From the NCBI GenBank assembly GCA_963717505.1, contig OY970342.1, positions 2,752,001 to 2,816,000 on the forward strand: DNA of 64,000 nt. The letters are read 5' to 3'. Position 1 is the stretch's first letter. Each line of letters opens with the position of its first letter. The DNA is from Candidatus Eiseniibacteriota bacterium (lineage in GTDB: Bacteria > Eisenbacteria > RBG-16-71-46). The position numbers and the translations under genes are program-made. The notes under the pieces are model-generated. The model ran no database searches, was not told the origin of the DNA, and saw only the letters and a program-made list of their open reading frames with translations. This document shows positions 9,934 to 20,725 of this stretch, one piece after another.

Positions 9934-11660
9934 TGGCGCAACACGCGAGCGGCGACGCCCACGCGGCTACGGCCGATCACGGCCACGGCGGCGGGCACGG
10001 GCACGCGAAACAGTCCTTCTTCCACAAGTACCTGTGGTCGACCGACCACAAGATCATCGCCTTCCAGTACCTGTTCACCGGGCTGGCGATGGGGCTGGTC
10101 GGCGCGTTCATGGCGTACGTGTTCCGCATGCAGCTCGCGTTCCCCGGCCAGCCGGTGCCGTTCTGGGGCGTCGTGTCGCCCGGCGAGTACAACGCGCTGG
10201 TCACCAACCACGGCAGCATCATGATCTTCTGGGTCGCGATGCCGGTGCTGGTCGCGGCATTTGGCAACTTCCTGATCCCGTTGATGGTCGGCTGTGACGA
10301 CATGGTGTTCCCGCGCATCAACCGGCTCAGCTATCAGATCTTCCTGTTGAGCGCGATCCTGATCATCGCCTCGTTGTTCGTGAAGGGCGGCGGCTTCGGC
10401 GGCGCCTGGACCGCGTACCCGCCGCTGTCGGCCGGCGGCAAGTTCAACCTGACACCTGCGGGCTCGACCATGTGGCTGATCGCGGTCGCCCTCGAATTCG
10501 TCGCCTTCCTGCTCGGCGGCATCAATTTCATCACCACCGCGATGAACTCACGGGCCCCGGGCATGAAGGCGCTCGACGTCCCGATCGTAGTCTGGTGCAT
10601 CGTCATCGCCAGCCTGTTGTTCATGGGCTCGGTCGGCCCGCTGATCGCCGGCGCGGTCATGCTGGTGTTCGACCAGCTGATCGGCACCGGGTTCTACGAT
10701 CCCTCTCGCGGCGGCGATCCGATCCTGTGGCAGCACCTGTTCTGGTTCTTCGGCCACCCCGAAGTCTACGTCGTGCTGCTGCCGGCCTTGGGCATCGTCG
10801 CCGACGTCATGGTGGTGTTCTCGCGCAAGAAACTGTTCGGCTACAAGCTGATCCTGCTCACGATCATCGCGACCGCGGTGCTCAGTTTCTTCGTCTGGGC
10901 CCACCACCAGTTCATCGCTGGCATCGATCCGCGCATGGCCAATGTGTTCACTGCGACCACGGTCATCATCTCGATTCCGATCGCCGAGATGTGCTTCCTG
11001 TACATCGCTACCCTGTACGGCGGCTCGATTCGACTGACCACGCCGATGCTCTGGGCGCTGGCGTTCATCGCCGAGTTCCTGATCGGTGGCGTCACCGGCA
11101 TCTACCTGGGGGCCAGCGGCGCCGACATCTACCTGCACGACACCTACTTCGTCGTCGCCCACTTCCACTACACGTTCTTCCCGATAGCGATCATCGGCAC
11201 GTTCTGCGGGCTGACCTTCTGGTTCCCGAAGATGTTCGGCAAGATGATGAACGACGGCCTGGGCAAGATCCATTTCTGGGGCACGATCATTCCGTTCAAC
11301 CTGATCTTCATTCCCCTGTTCTTCACGGGTGCTGCCGGCGACCATCGGCGGATCTTCGACTACACCAACTTCCCCGAGCTGTCGACGCCCTGGCTGCAGG
11401 GGCTGCGGATGACCGCGACCATCTCGCTGGTGGTCATGCTGCTGTTCCAGTTCGTGTTCTTCTACAACTTCATCGTCAGCCTGATCCGCGGTCGCAAGGC
11501 CGAGAAGAACCCGTGGCAGTCCAATACGCTCGAGTGGACGGCGGAGTCCCCGCCGCCTCATGGCAACTTCGAGACCATGCCGACCGTCTACCGCGGGCCC
11601 TACGAATACAGCGCGCCCGGCCGGTCGACCGACTTCTGGCCGCAGAACGAGAAGGCGTAG
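9933..11660 (+). CDS. coxA: Heme-copper oxidase subunit I, A1-type signature
   Basis: STDHK, HGSIMIF, DMVFPRIN, WFFGHPEVY, WAHH, HDTYFVVAHFHY, RR pair. Confidence 0.95.
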   Translation: MAQHASGDAHAATADHGHGGGHGHAKQSFFHKYLWSTDHKIIAFQYLFTGLAMGLVGAFMAYVFRMQLAFPGQPVPFWGVVSPGEYNALVTNHGSIMIFWVAMPVLVAAFGNFLIPLMVGCDDMVFPRINRLSYQIFLLSAILIIASLFVKGGGFGGAWTAYPPLSAGGKFNLTPAGSTMWLIAVALEFVAFLLGGINFITTAMNSRAPGMKALDVPIVVWCIVIASLLFMGSVGPLIAGAVMLVFDQLIGTGFYDPSRGGDPILWQHLFWFFGHPEVYVVLLPALGIVADVMVVFSRKKLFGYKLILLTIIATAVLSFFVWAHHQFIAGIDPRMANVFTATTVIISIPIAEMCFLYIATLYGGSIRLTTPMLWALAFIAEFLIGGVTGIYLGASGADIYLHDTYFVVAHFHYTFFPIAIIGTFCGLTFWFPKMFGKMMNDGLGKIHFWGTIIPFNLIFIPLFFTGAAGDHRRIFDYTNFPELSTPWLQGLRMTATISLVVMLLFQFVFFYNFIVSLIRGRKAEKNPWQSNTLEWTAESPPPHGNFETMPTVYRGPYEYSAPGRSTDFWPQNEKA

Positions 11661-11666
11661 GGGCCC

Positions 11667-12239
11667 GTGGAAAAGACGATTGCCGCCCAGCGCAGCGCGA
11701 TGAACATCCCGACCGGACGGTTGGGAGTGTGGTGGGTGCTGGTCTCCGAAATCGTGATCTTCGGCGGGATTCTCGTCTCCTACATCATGCATCGGCTCGC
11801 GCATCCGGAGTGGGGGCACCAGGCGGCGAACACCAACATGTGGATCGGTGCGTTCAACACGCTGGTGCTGTTGACCTCGAGCCTGTCGGCAGTGCTCGCC
11901 CACCAGGCGGCCGAGGCGGGCAATGGCAAGAAGGCGGCCAAACTCCTGCTGGCAACCGTCGGCGGCGGCGCGATATTCCTGATCGTCAAGTCGTACGAAT
12001 GGACCACGGAGATCATGCACGGCTTCACCATCACTTCGAGCGGCTTCTGGTCCTACTACTACACCGCGGCCGGCCTGCACGCGTTCCACGTCGCCGCCGG
12101 GATGTGCGTCATGCTCTGGGTCGCGAGCACGGCGTGGAAGAACCAGGAGCTGCATCGCGTCGAGAACGTGGGCATCTACTGGCACTTCGTCGACATCGTC
12201 TGGATCTTCCTGTTCCCCTTGCTGTACATCGCCAAGTAG
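11667..12239 (+). CDS. Heme-copper oxidase subunit III-like (short form)
   Basis: SEIVIFG, NTLVLLTSS, GLHAFHV, YWHFVDIVWIFLFPLLY. Confidence 0.9.
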   Translation: MEKTIAAQRSAMNIPTGRLGVWWVLVSEIVIFGGILVSYIMHRLAHPEWGHQAANTNMWIGAFNTLVLLTSSLSAVLAHQAAEAGNGKKAAKLLLATVGGGAIFLIVKSYEWTTEIMHGFTITSSGFWSYYYTAAGLHAFHVAAGMCVMLWVASTAWKNQELHRVENVGIYWHFVDIVWIFLFPLLYIAK

Positions 12240-12249
12240 GGACGAACGC

Positions 12250-12738
12250 ATGAGCGCACACGCCGCCTCGCACGCATCGGGTCACGGACACCACCGGAAC
12301 TACGTGCGGATCTGGATGATCCTGGTCGGGCTGCTGGTGGTCAGCGTGGTCGGACCGATGTTCGGCATCCGGGTGCTGACGCTGATCACCGCGTTCGGTG
12401 TCGCGTTGGTCAAGGCCTACATGGTGGCGAAGAACTTCATGCACTTGGACATCGAGAAGCCGATCGTCGGCTGGATGCTGGCGATCGCGCTGACGTTCAT
12501 GGTGCTCATGTTCTCGGGGATCGCGCCGGACGTCATGAAGTCCCAGGGCCGCTCGTGGCAGAAGGGCCCGGGCTTTCACCCGGTGGAGAAGGTCGGGCAC
12601 GAGTCCGACGGACACGGAGCCGCCGGGGCCTCCGGGACCACAGAGCACGGAGGCGCGACCACCGGCACCGGAAGTTCGAAACACGGGAGCACGGGTGCTG
12701 CGACGGGAGACTCGAGTGGGAGCAGCAGCGGCCACTGA
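12250..12738 (+). CDS. Oxidase subunit IV-like protein with His/Gly/Ser-rich tail
   Basis: YVRIW..L, KAYMVAKNFMHL; three TMs. Confidence 0.8.
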   Translation: MSAHAASHASGHGHHRNYVRIWMILVGLLVVSVVGPMFGIRVLTLITAFGVALVKAYMVAKNFMHLDIEKPIVGWMLAIALTFMVLMFSGIAPDVMKSQGRSWQKGPGFHPVEKVGHESDGHGAAGASGTTEHGGATTGTGSSKHGSTGAATGDSSGSSSGH

Positions 12739-13309
12739 CGGCGGCACGGTCGCCCGCCGCACGCGCATCGCCGAGGACGGCGTCTTCGGCATGGCGCTGT
12801 TCGTGTTCGTCGAGGTCATGCTGTTCGCCGGGTTCATCTCGGCGTTCGTCGTGGTCGAGAACACGGCCCTGCCCGGCATGTGGCCGCCGCCGGGGCAGCC
12901 GCGCCTGCCGGTCGCGACCACCGCGTTCAACACCCTGGCTCTGTTCGCCAGCGGGGTCTTTCTGTTCCTGTCGCAACGCGCGTTTCAGCGGGGAGCGCAG
13001 GCGGTCGCCGCCCGCTGGCTGGGAATCGCGGTCCTGCTCGGCGCCTTCTTCGTCGGTTTCCAGGGGATCGAGTGGGCGCGCCTGCTGTCTCAGGGTCTGA
13101 CGCTGACCTCGAGTCAGCTCGGCGCCTTCTTCTACGTCATCGTGGGCGCCCATGCGCTCCATGCGGTCTCGGCGCTGGTACTGCTCGCACTGCAATGGCG
13201 GGCGCTCAAGGCGCAGCGGCTGACCCGCTCCGCGTTCGGGGCCGGCCAGCTGTTCTGGTACTTTGTGGTCCTGATATGGCCCGTCATCTACGTGCAGGTC
13301 TATCTCTAG
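12716..13309 (+). CDS. Second subunit III-like protein
   Basis: EVMLFAGFISAF, NTLALFASG, QGIEW, GAHALH, FWYFVVLIWP; start codon uncertain. Confidence 0.85.
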   Translation: MGAAAATDGGTVARRTRIAEDGVFGMALFVFVEVMLFAGFISAFVVVENTALPGMWPPPGQPRLPVATTAFNTLALFASGVFLFLSQRAFQRGAQAVAARWLGIAVLLGAFFVGFQGIEWARLLSQGLTLTSSQLGAFFYVIVGAHALHAVSALVLLALQWRALKAQRLTRSAFGAGQLFWYFVVLIWPVIYVQVYL

Positions 13310-13323
13310 CTCGATCTCTGGCG

Positions 13324-13581
13324 GTGGTTGCCACGGTGCTGCTGCCCGCGGCTGCCCATGCCTGTGCGGTGTGTGGCGCCGGTCTGCAGGATCGAAGCGC
13401 GAACGCCTTCGTCGGGATCACGGCCCTCTTGTCCCTGCTGCCGATGGGAATGATCGGGGCCGGGCTATGGTGGACCCGCCGCAATCTGTGGTCGAGCCTG
13501 GGCGGGAATCCGGACGATCGAGCCTCCGACCCCGAAGACCACACGCCGCCCGAGCCGCCGAACGCCCAGCCGGGCGCGTGA
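13324..13581 (+). CDS. Small membrane protein with ACAVC motif
   Basis: AAHACAVCG followed by one TM; lies between coxIII and SCO; start uncertain. Confidence 0.55.
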   Translation: MVATVLLPAAAHACAVCGAGLQDRSANAFVGITALLSLLPMGMIGAGLWWTRRNLWSSLGGNPDDRASDPEDHTPPEPPNAQPGA

Positions 13582-14234
13582 TGCGGATCCGACGTCGGGC
13601 GCGCAAGCCGCCCGCCATGTGGCTTCGCCTGGCATTGTTGGGCGCGGCTCTGGGAGTGGCGGCGTTCGCGACCGCGCGGCTCGTCGACCGCGAGAACCCC
13701 TCGGGGGCCGCCTCGGCCACCGACTGGAAGTCCGAGCCGTTCCCTGCGGACTACCCACGCGGCGAAGCCCCGTGCCCCGATTTTCAGCTGGTGGATCAGG
13801 CCGGAACGCCCTTCGGTCCGGCGCGATTGCGGGGCCGTCCCGCCGTCGTGGCGTTCGTCTTCTCGCACTGCCAGGCGATTTGTCCCGGCCTGGTGCACGA
13901 CGTGCGCGAGGCCGCTCGCGCCGTGGGACCCGACGCCGCCCAGCTGGTCCTGATCACGATCGATCCGGCGCGCGACTCGCCTGCGGTGCTGCCCAGGATC
14001 GCGAGCGAATGGCAGCTGGGTCCGTCGGAGTGGCTGCTCTCCGGGCCACCGTCCGAAGTCGAGCGTCTGCTCGACGCGTTCGACGTGGCCCGAGCCCCCG
14101 ACGCCCTGACCGGCGAGGTCGCCCACCCGCCGCTGGTCGTGATTCTCGATCCGCAGGGCCGGCAGGCGTATCGCTTGAATGCGCCGCCGATCGCGTGGAT
14201 CGCCGACGCCGTGCGCCGCAGTCGCACCCGCTAG
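13581..14234 (+). CDS. SCO family copper chaperone
   Basis: DFQLVDQ.G, CQAICP (CxxxC), ITIDPARD, conserved His in VAHPP. Confidence 0.88.
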   Translation: MRIRRRARKPPAMWLRLALLGAALGVAAFATARLVDRENPSGAASATDWKSEPFPADYPRGEAPCPDFQLVDQAGTPFGPARLRGRPAVVAFVFSHCQAICPGLVHDVREAARAVGPDAAQLVLITIDPARDSPAVLPRIASEWQLGPSEWLLSGPPSEVERLLDAFDVARAPDALTGEVAHPPLVVILDPQGRQAYRLNAPPIAWIADAVRRSRTR

Positions 14235-15293
14235 AGTCGGGTGCGGACCTCGCTCGCCGCGCGCCGGTCGGTGGTCAGCTCGACGTGCTTGCCCTGGATG
14301 AACGCCTCGCCTCTTCGACGTCTTCCCGGCTGCCGATGAACAGCGGCGTGCGCTCGTGGAGCGTGCCGGGGGCGATCTCCATGATGCGGCGCACGCCGTC
14401 GCTCGCCGCGCCGCCGGCCTGCTCGGCGATGAACGCGAGCGGCGCCGCCTCGTAGAGCACGCGCAGCTTGCCGCTGCGGGTTCTTGCGATCGCCGGGGTA
14501 GAGGAAGATGCCGCCGTAGAGCAGGTTGCGGTGGAAGTCGGCGACCAGCGAGCCGACGTAGCGCGCGCTGTAGGGCCGGCCGGTCGTCCGCGTCCTCCAT
14601 CTTGAGCCAGTCCACGTAGCGCTTGACGCCCGTCGTCCCAGCTGGACGTAGTTGCCCTCGTTGACGCTGTAGATGTGCCCGCGCGTCGGGGTGCGGATGT
14701 TGGGGTGCGAGAGCAGGAACTCGCCGACGCTCGGCTCGAACGTGAAGCCGTGGACGCCGTCGCCGGTGGTGTAGACCAGCATCGTGCTCGAGCCGTACAT
14801 CACGTAGCCGGCGCACAGCTGGCGGCGGCCGGCCTGCAGGCAGTCCTCGACCGTGCCGCTCCCCTTCTGCGTGATCCGCGGCAGGATCGAGAAGATCGTG
14901 CCGATGTTGACGTTGGCGTTGATGTTCGACGAGCCGTCGAGCGGGTCGAAGTTGACCACGTACTTGCCGATCGGCTGGCCACTCGGCGACCGGGATGATG
15001 TCCTCGTCCTCTTCGGAGGCCATCACCGCGAGCTGGCCGGTCGAGCCGAGCACGCGGTAGATGGTCGTCGTGCGCGAACACGGTCGAGCTTCTGCACCTT
15101 CTCGCCGTGGACGTTCTCGCCGCCGGTGTAGCCGAGCATGTCGACCAGGCCGGCGCGCGATCACCTCGCGGTTGATCATCTTGGCCGCGAGCGCGATGTC
15201 GTGCAGCACGCTGGTGAACTCGCCGCTGGCCTCGGGGTGGATGCGCTCCTGCTGCAGGATGAACTGCGACAGCGTGACGGCGCGGTCGGTCAT
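14231..15293 (-). CDS. fbp: Fructose-1,6-bisphosphatase class 1 (frameshifted)
   Basis: [61 protein letters not shown]. Confidence 0.92.
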
Positions 15294-15301
15294 GGCGTCC
15301 T

Positions 15302-16711
15302 CTAGTCCGAGAGTCCGGTCACGTCCTCGGGGCCGCTGCGCGGCGCCGACGCGGCCGCCGAGCGCCGGGAACGAGCCGGGAACGAACGGCGCGTGCTGCT
15401 CGGCCAGCGCGCGCGTGCCTGGCCACGTCGAGCTGCTCGAGCAGGAAGGTGAACTTCTCCTCGAGCGCGCGCGCCGATCGCCGTCGCGCGATCGGCGCCG
15501 GCATGCCCCACATCTCGCGCTTGAACAGGCCGAGCGCCTTCTTGCGCGTCTTGTAGAAGAACTGCTCGTCGGTGTCGCGTGGCCTTGCGCTCGTCGGCGG
15601 CTGCGGTGCGCAGGCGTCTCGTAGATCGCGCGCTTGAGGTCGGCGGGGAACGCCGGGTGGTCGAAGAGCATGTTCTGGAACTCGGTCGCCAGGTGGATCT
15701 CGCACGCGCCGAGCTTGGGGAAGCGGTCGAACAGCTCCGGCCGGCAGCGTCGAGGCGCCGTGCTGCACCGCGCCGGCCATGCCGTACTGCTCGCGCGCCA
15801 GCTTCGAGCAGCGTCTCGAGCGCGTCGAAGTCGATCTTGACCTGGGCGATCGAGCCGTCGGGCAGCGGCACGCCGCCGTGGCTGGTGCCGGTCTGGATCG
15901 AGATCTTGCTCATGCCGGCGGTACCGGGCGCGTGCTTGCTCGAGCGCCGCCCGGTAGACCGTCATGAACGCGTCGCAGCTCCTCGGGGGTCGAGTTCTTG
16001 CCGCCGACCTCGCCGATCTCGCCGCCGACCGAGACCGTGACGCCCTTGGGCTCGCGGCCGCGGATGAACGCGGTGATCTCGCGCGCACAGGTCGCCGTTC
16101 AGCCGCCTGCTGCGCCTCGTGGCCCGGCTTCGACAGATCGACCAGCGTCGAGGTGTCGACGTCGATGTTGTAGAAGCCGGCCTGGATCGCCTCGGCGGTC
16201 AGCTCCTGCGACCGGCTTGCAGCTCGGCGGTCGGATCGGTCGCGTACTTCTTGGCGTTGATCTGGAAGTGATCGCCCTGGATGAACACCGGGCCCTTCCA
16301 GCCCTCGCGCAGCGCCGCGGCCAGGACCACGAACGCGTACTCGGCGGGTCGCTGGTCGGTGTAGCTGATCTCGGAGCGCGCGATCTCGCAGATCACCGCC
16401 CCGGCGTCGAGCTGCCGGCGGGCGCGGAACAGGGCGCGGGCGGTGTCGTAGGCGACGCCGCGGATGTTGATCGCCGGCACCGTGAAGTCGGCCGGGGCCT
16501 CGCCGCGGCCGCGCGCGATGTAGAGACCGTGGATCGAGGCCGGGTAGATGCCGGCCGAGCGGCACTGGTCGAGCACGGCGGCGCGAGCGGCGTCGCGCAG
16601 CTCGGCGGCTCCGAACACGCCGGTCCACACCAGGCGATCCAGGGCTTCGGGGCTGCTCGACGCCAAGGCGGCGACCGCATGCGTGAGTTCCTGCGGGTTC
16701 TTGAGTTCCAT
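15302..16711 (-). CDS. Class II fructose-bisphosphate aldolase-family protein (frameshifted)
   Basis: [50 protein letters not shown]; adjacent to fbp. Confidence 0.85.
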
Positions 16712-16846
16712 GGGGGGAAGGCTCCTGGGCTCGGGACCTCGGCCGGGGTCGACGGGCGGGAGCGCAGACCCTGGACGGACGACTCCGGGCGAGTATAGCG
16801 CCCGAGGTTCCGAGCCGGCCAGCGGCGTCGACCGGGTCGCGGTCGC

Positions 16847-17495
16847 CTACATGCAGTATCCGGTGCAGCTCGTGAACGAGAACGTGCTGAGCGACACCTG
16901 GAGCATCAACGACAGGTCGGCCGGGCTCAGACTGCCGTCGAAATTGAAGTCCGAGCGCTCGAAGAAGGTTCCGCTGAAGCGAATCGGGCAGCCATACCGA
17001 CATGTCCACCGGGTTCACGCCGCCGACGCCGTTCTGGTCGAACGTCGCGACCTTGGCGGTCGAGATTCCGACGCCCTCCATCAAGATCCGAGCGCAGTTG
17101 AGCGGATGCCCGGGGGCCGCTCCGGTCGCGTTGTTGGAGCTGCCGACGATCGTGAACGCGACGCGGCCGGCGCCGTCGGTGACGCCGTAGACCCGGTGGT
17201 CACCGCAATCGATCGTTTCGGCCCCGGGCTGGACCGCGCAGATTCGAACGTCCGGCGCGCATTGCGCGAAGTCGATCTCGACGCGGACGTTCCGGATCGG
17301 CAGGCCGGCGGCGCCACGGACCACGACCTCGAATCTGCCGAACGGATCGGGAACGCCGAGCAGCGTGCCGACCAGGTGGATGCCGGGCGGCAGATCGCAT
17401 TGCGAAGGATCGGGAACATCGGCTGCGGCGAAGCGGGCGGGCAGGAGCAGGACCGCGGCCAGGGCAAACGCCCACCGTGACTGGAGTCGGAACAT
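16847..17495 (-). CDS. Secreted Cys-rich protein with dockerin/EF-hand-like repeats (frameshift near 16985)
   Basis: Signal peptide; FDQNGVGGVNPVDMSVW and SDFNFDGSLSPADLSLM; ends SCTGYCM*. Confidence 0.6.
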
Positions 17496-17714
17496 TTCAG
17501 TCTCCGGAGGTTTTCAACAACGAAGTTTCAAAAGATGTGAGTGGCGATCCGGCAGGGGGCGCGCCATGGTAGGTGCATCGGCGACCGGAGGAAAGGGAAT
17601 TCTTCGCGACACCGAACGTGTCGGAGGCGGTTGACACCCTTCGGGATCCAGTCTTGAATCGCGCTTCGAGCGCCGTTTCATGCTACCTGACATCGGAGAA
17701 CCGCAGTCGTGCCC

Positions 17715-18223
17715 ATGGCCCCAACCGTCTGCCGCCTGCGCGTGAACGGCGATCTCCGCGAGTGCGCGGTCACGCCGCAACACGACGCTGCTCGAGGCGC
17801 TGCGCTACGGCCTCGGCCTGACCGGCTCCAAGCAGGGCTGCGACAAGGGCGACTGCGGCGCCTGCACCGTGGTGGTCGACGGCGAAGCCGATCCTGGCCT
17901 GCATCTCGCTGGCGCTGGCGTACCACGACGGGCCGGAGATCACCACCATCGAGGGCATCGCTCGCGAACGGCGTGCCGCATCCGCTCCAGGACGCCTTCG
18001 ACGTCACCGGCGGCGCCCAGTGCGGGTTCTGCACCCCGGGAATCCTGATGAGCGCGTGGGCGCTGCTGCGCGCGCAACCCGAGCCCGACGCGCGACGAGA
18101 TCGCGCGCGCGCTGTCGGGCAACCTGTGCCGCTGCACCGGCTACACGAAGATCTTCGAGGCGGTCGAGCTGGCGGCGCGCGAGCATGCGCGAGCGCGCGA
18201 GCACGGAGGCGAGCGGCGCGTGA
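17715..18223 (+). CDS. Xanthine dehydrogenase-family 2x[2Fe-2S] subunit (HcrC-like, frameshifted)
   Basis: [32 protein letters not shown]. Confidence 0.88.
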
Positions 18224-20719
18224 GCCGGCCGGCGCGAGGCCGGCGATGGCGATCCCCGGCGGGCCGCATGATGCCGCGCGAGGATCGGCTCGACGCCGCC
18301 GGCGTGGCCGAGGGCGGTCGCACGCGCCGCCCGAACGGCGACGTTCCTCGTCATCGGCAAGCGCAACCGCAAGGTCGAGGGCCTGGCCAAGGTCACCGGC
18401 CGCGCGGTCTACACCGACGACCTCACGCTGCCGCGCATGCTGCACGGCAAGCTGCTGCGCAGCATCCACGCGCACGCGCGCATCCGTGTCGATCGACGCG
18501 AGCGCGGCGCTCGCGCTGCCCGGCGTGCACGCGGTGATCACCGGCCAGCGACCTGCCCGAGCTACTTCGGCATCATCCCGTGGACCCAGGACGAGCAGGC
18601 GCTGTGCGAGGACAAGGCGCGCTACGTCGGCGACGCGATCGCCGCGGTCGCGGCCGACAGCGAGCTGCTCGCCGAGGAGGCGCTCCGCGAAGATCCACGT
18701 CGAGTACGAGGTGCTGCCGGCGGTGATCGACGTCGAGACCGCGCTCGCGCATCCCGAGTGGAAGGTCAACGAGCAGGCGAAGGACGGCAACATCTCGAAG
18801 CAGGTCCACCTCGAGTTCGGCGACGTCGACGGCCGAGCTCGCGGCGAGCGACGCCGTGGTCGAGGGCGAGTACTGGTACGAGGGCTCGACCCACACGCCG
18901 ATCGAGCCGCACTGCGCGCTCGCCGACTTCGACCCGACCGGCTTCCTGACCGTGTGGTCGAGCACCCAGGTCGCGCACTACCTGCACCGCGACCTGGCCA
19001 AGGTGCTGGGCCTGCCGACCCAGCGCATCCGCGTGATCCAGCCGGTGGTCGGCGGCGCGTTCGGCGGCAAGAGCGAGCCGTTCTCGCTCGAGTTCTGCGC
19101 CGCCAAGCTGGCGATGATCACCGGCCGGCCGGTCAAGATCCTCTACACGCGCGAGGAGGTGTTCTACGCGCACCGCGGCCGCCACCCGATGCGGCTGCAC
19201 TACCGCACCGGCGTCAAGCGCGACGGCACGCTGACCGGCGTCGACGCGCAAGATCCAGATCGACGGCGGCGCCTACTCGTCGTTCGGGCTGGTCACCACC
19301 TACTACTCGGGCCAGCTGCTGACCGCGCCCTACCGCATGCCGCGCCTACCGCTTCGACTCGACGCGCGTGTTCACCAACAAGCCGTGCTGCGGACCCAAG
19401 CGCGGCCACGGCTCGGTGCAGCCGCGCTTCGCGTTCGAGTGCCAGCTCGACAAGCTCGCCGAGGCGATCGGCATCGATCCGATCGAGCTGCGGCGGCCGC
19501 AACTTCCTCGGCGAGAACACGCGCACCGTCAACGGCATGCGCGTCACCTCGAACGGCTTCCCCGAGTGCCTCGACGCGGTCGAGCGCGCGTCGGGCTGGA
19601 CGCGCGAAGTTCCGCCGCATGCCCTACGGCCGCGGCCTCGGCGTCGCCGGCAGCATGTACATCACCGGCACCAACTACTGCATCTACCCGAACGAGATGC
19701 CGCAGTCGGCGCGTCCAGCTCAAGCTCGACCGCAGCGGCCGCGCGACCGTGTTCTGCGGCGCCTCCGACATCGGCCAGGGCGTCGGACTCGGTGCTCGCC
19801 TACATCGTGTGCGAGGAGCTGGGGCTCGAGCTGCGGCGACGTGCGCGTCGTCGCCGCCGACACCGACCTCACCCCGGTCGACCTCGGCTCGCTACTCGAG
19901 CCGCGAGACGTTCATGGTCGGCAACGCCTGCCTGGACGCGGCGCGCAAGCTGCGCGCGCAAGGTCGCGCGAGGCGCTGGCCGAGCGCTGGGGCGTGCGCG
20001 CCGGGCGAGGTCACGCTCGCCGGCGGCGTCGCGTGCTGCGATGCGCGACCCCGCGCAGCACGTGCATGACCGTCCGGGAGGCGTTCCAGCTCGCCGAGGC
20101 GCGGTTCGGCACGCTCGGCTCGGTCGGCTGGTACCAGAGCCCCAAGCTCGGCGGCGACTACCGCGGCGGCACGATCGGCGCCTCGCCCGCCTACTCGTTC
20201 ACCGCGCACGTCGCCGAGGTCGAGTGCGACGCCGAGACCGGGCGCGTCGAGCGTGAAGAAGATCTGGGTCGCGCACGACTGCGGCCGCGCGCTGAACCCG
20301 GTCACGGTCGAGGGCCAGATGGAGGGCAGCGCCTACATGGGCTTCGCCGAGGCGCTGCTCGAGGAGCAGGTGTTCAAGCCCGCCGCCTCCGGCCACGGCG
20401 CCGGGCTCCACCACGGGCCGTCGCTGCTCGACTACCGCATCCCGACCTCGCTCGACACGCCCGAGCTCGAGTCGCTGATCGTCGAGTCGATCGATCCCGA
20501 GGGCCCGTACGGCGCCAAGGAGGCGGGCGAGGGGCCGCTGCACCCGAGCATCCCGGCGATCGCCAACGCGATCTACGACGCGCTCGGCGTCCGCTGCGAC
20601 CGGCTGCCCTTCCACCCGCCGCGGGTGCTGCGGCCTGCTGCGACGCGGGCGATGCCCGGGCCCACTGGGAGAAGGCGCGCGCCCAGGTCCGCGGCACCGG
20701 CGTCGGCGCGGAACGGTAG
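18220..20719 (+). CDS. Xanthine dehydrogenase-family molybdopterin-binding subunit (HcrA-like, many frameshifts)
   Basis: [48 protein letters not shown]. Confidence 0.88.
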
Positions 20720-20725
20720 CGACCC

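Noticed and set aside
9933-11660. Calling the oxidase a nitric-oxide reductase outright
   Set aside because: It retains the cross-linking Tyr in HPEVY and the D-channel residues, so it is an A-family scaffold; altered function remains a hypothesis
13284-17495. 1403-aa minus-strand ORF
   Set aside because: Artefactual read-through that joins the secreted protein, aldolase and FBPase fragments across frameshifts and then runs antisense to SCO
17631-17659. TTGACA-N17-TTGAAT promoter upstream of the molybdoenzyme operon
   Set aside because: The -35 is perfect but the -10 is poor; not enough support to call it
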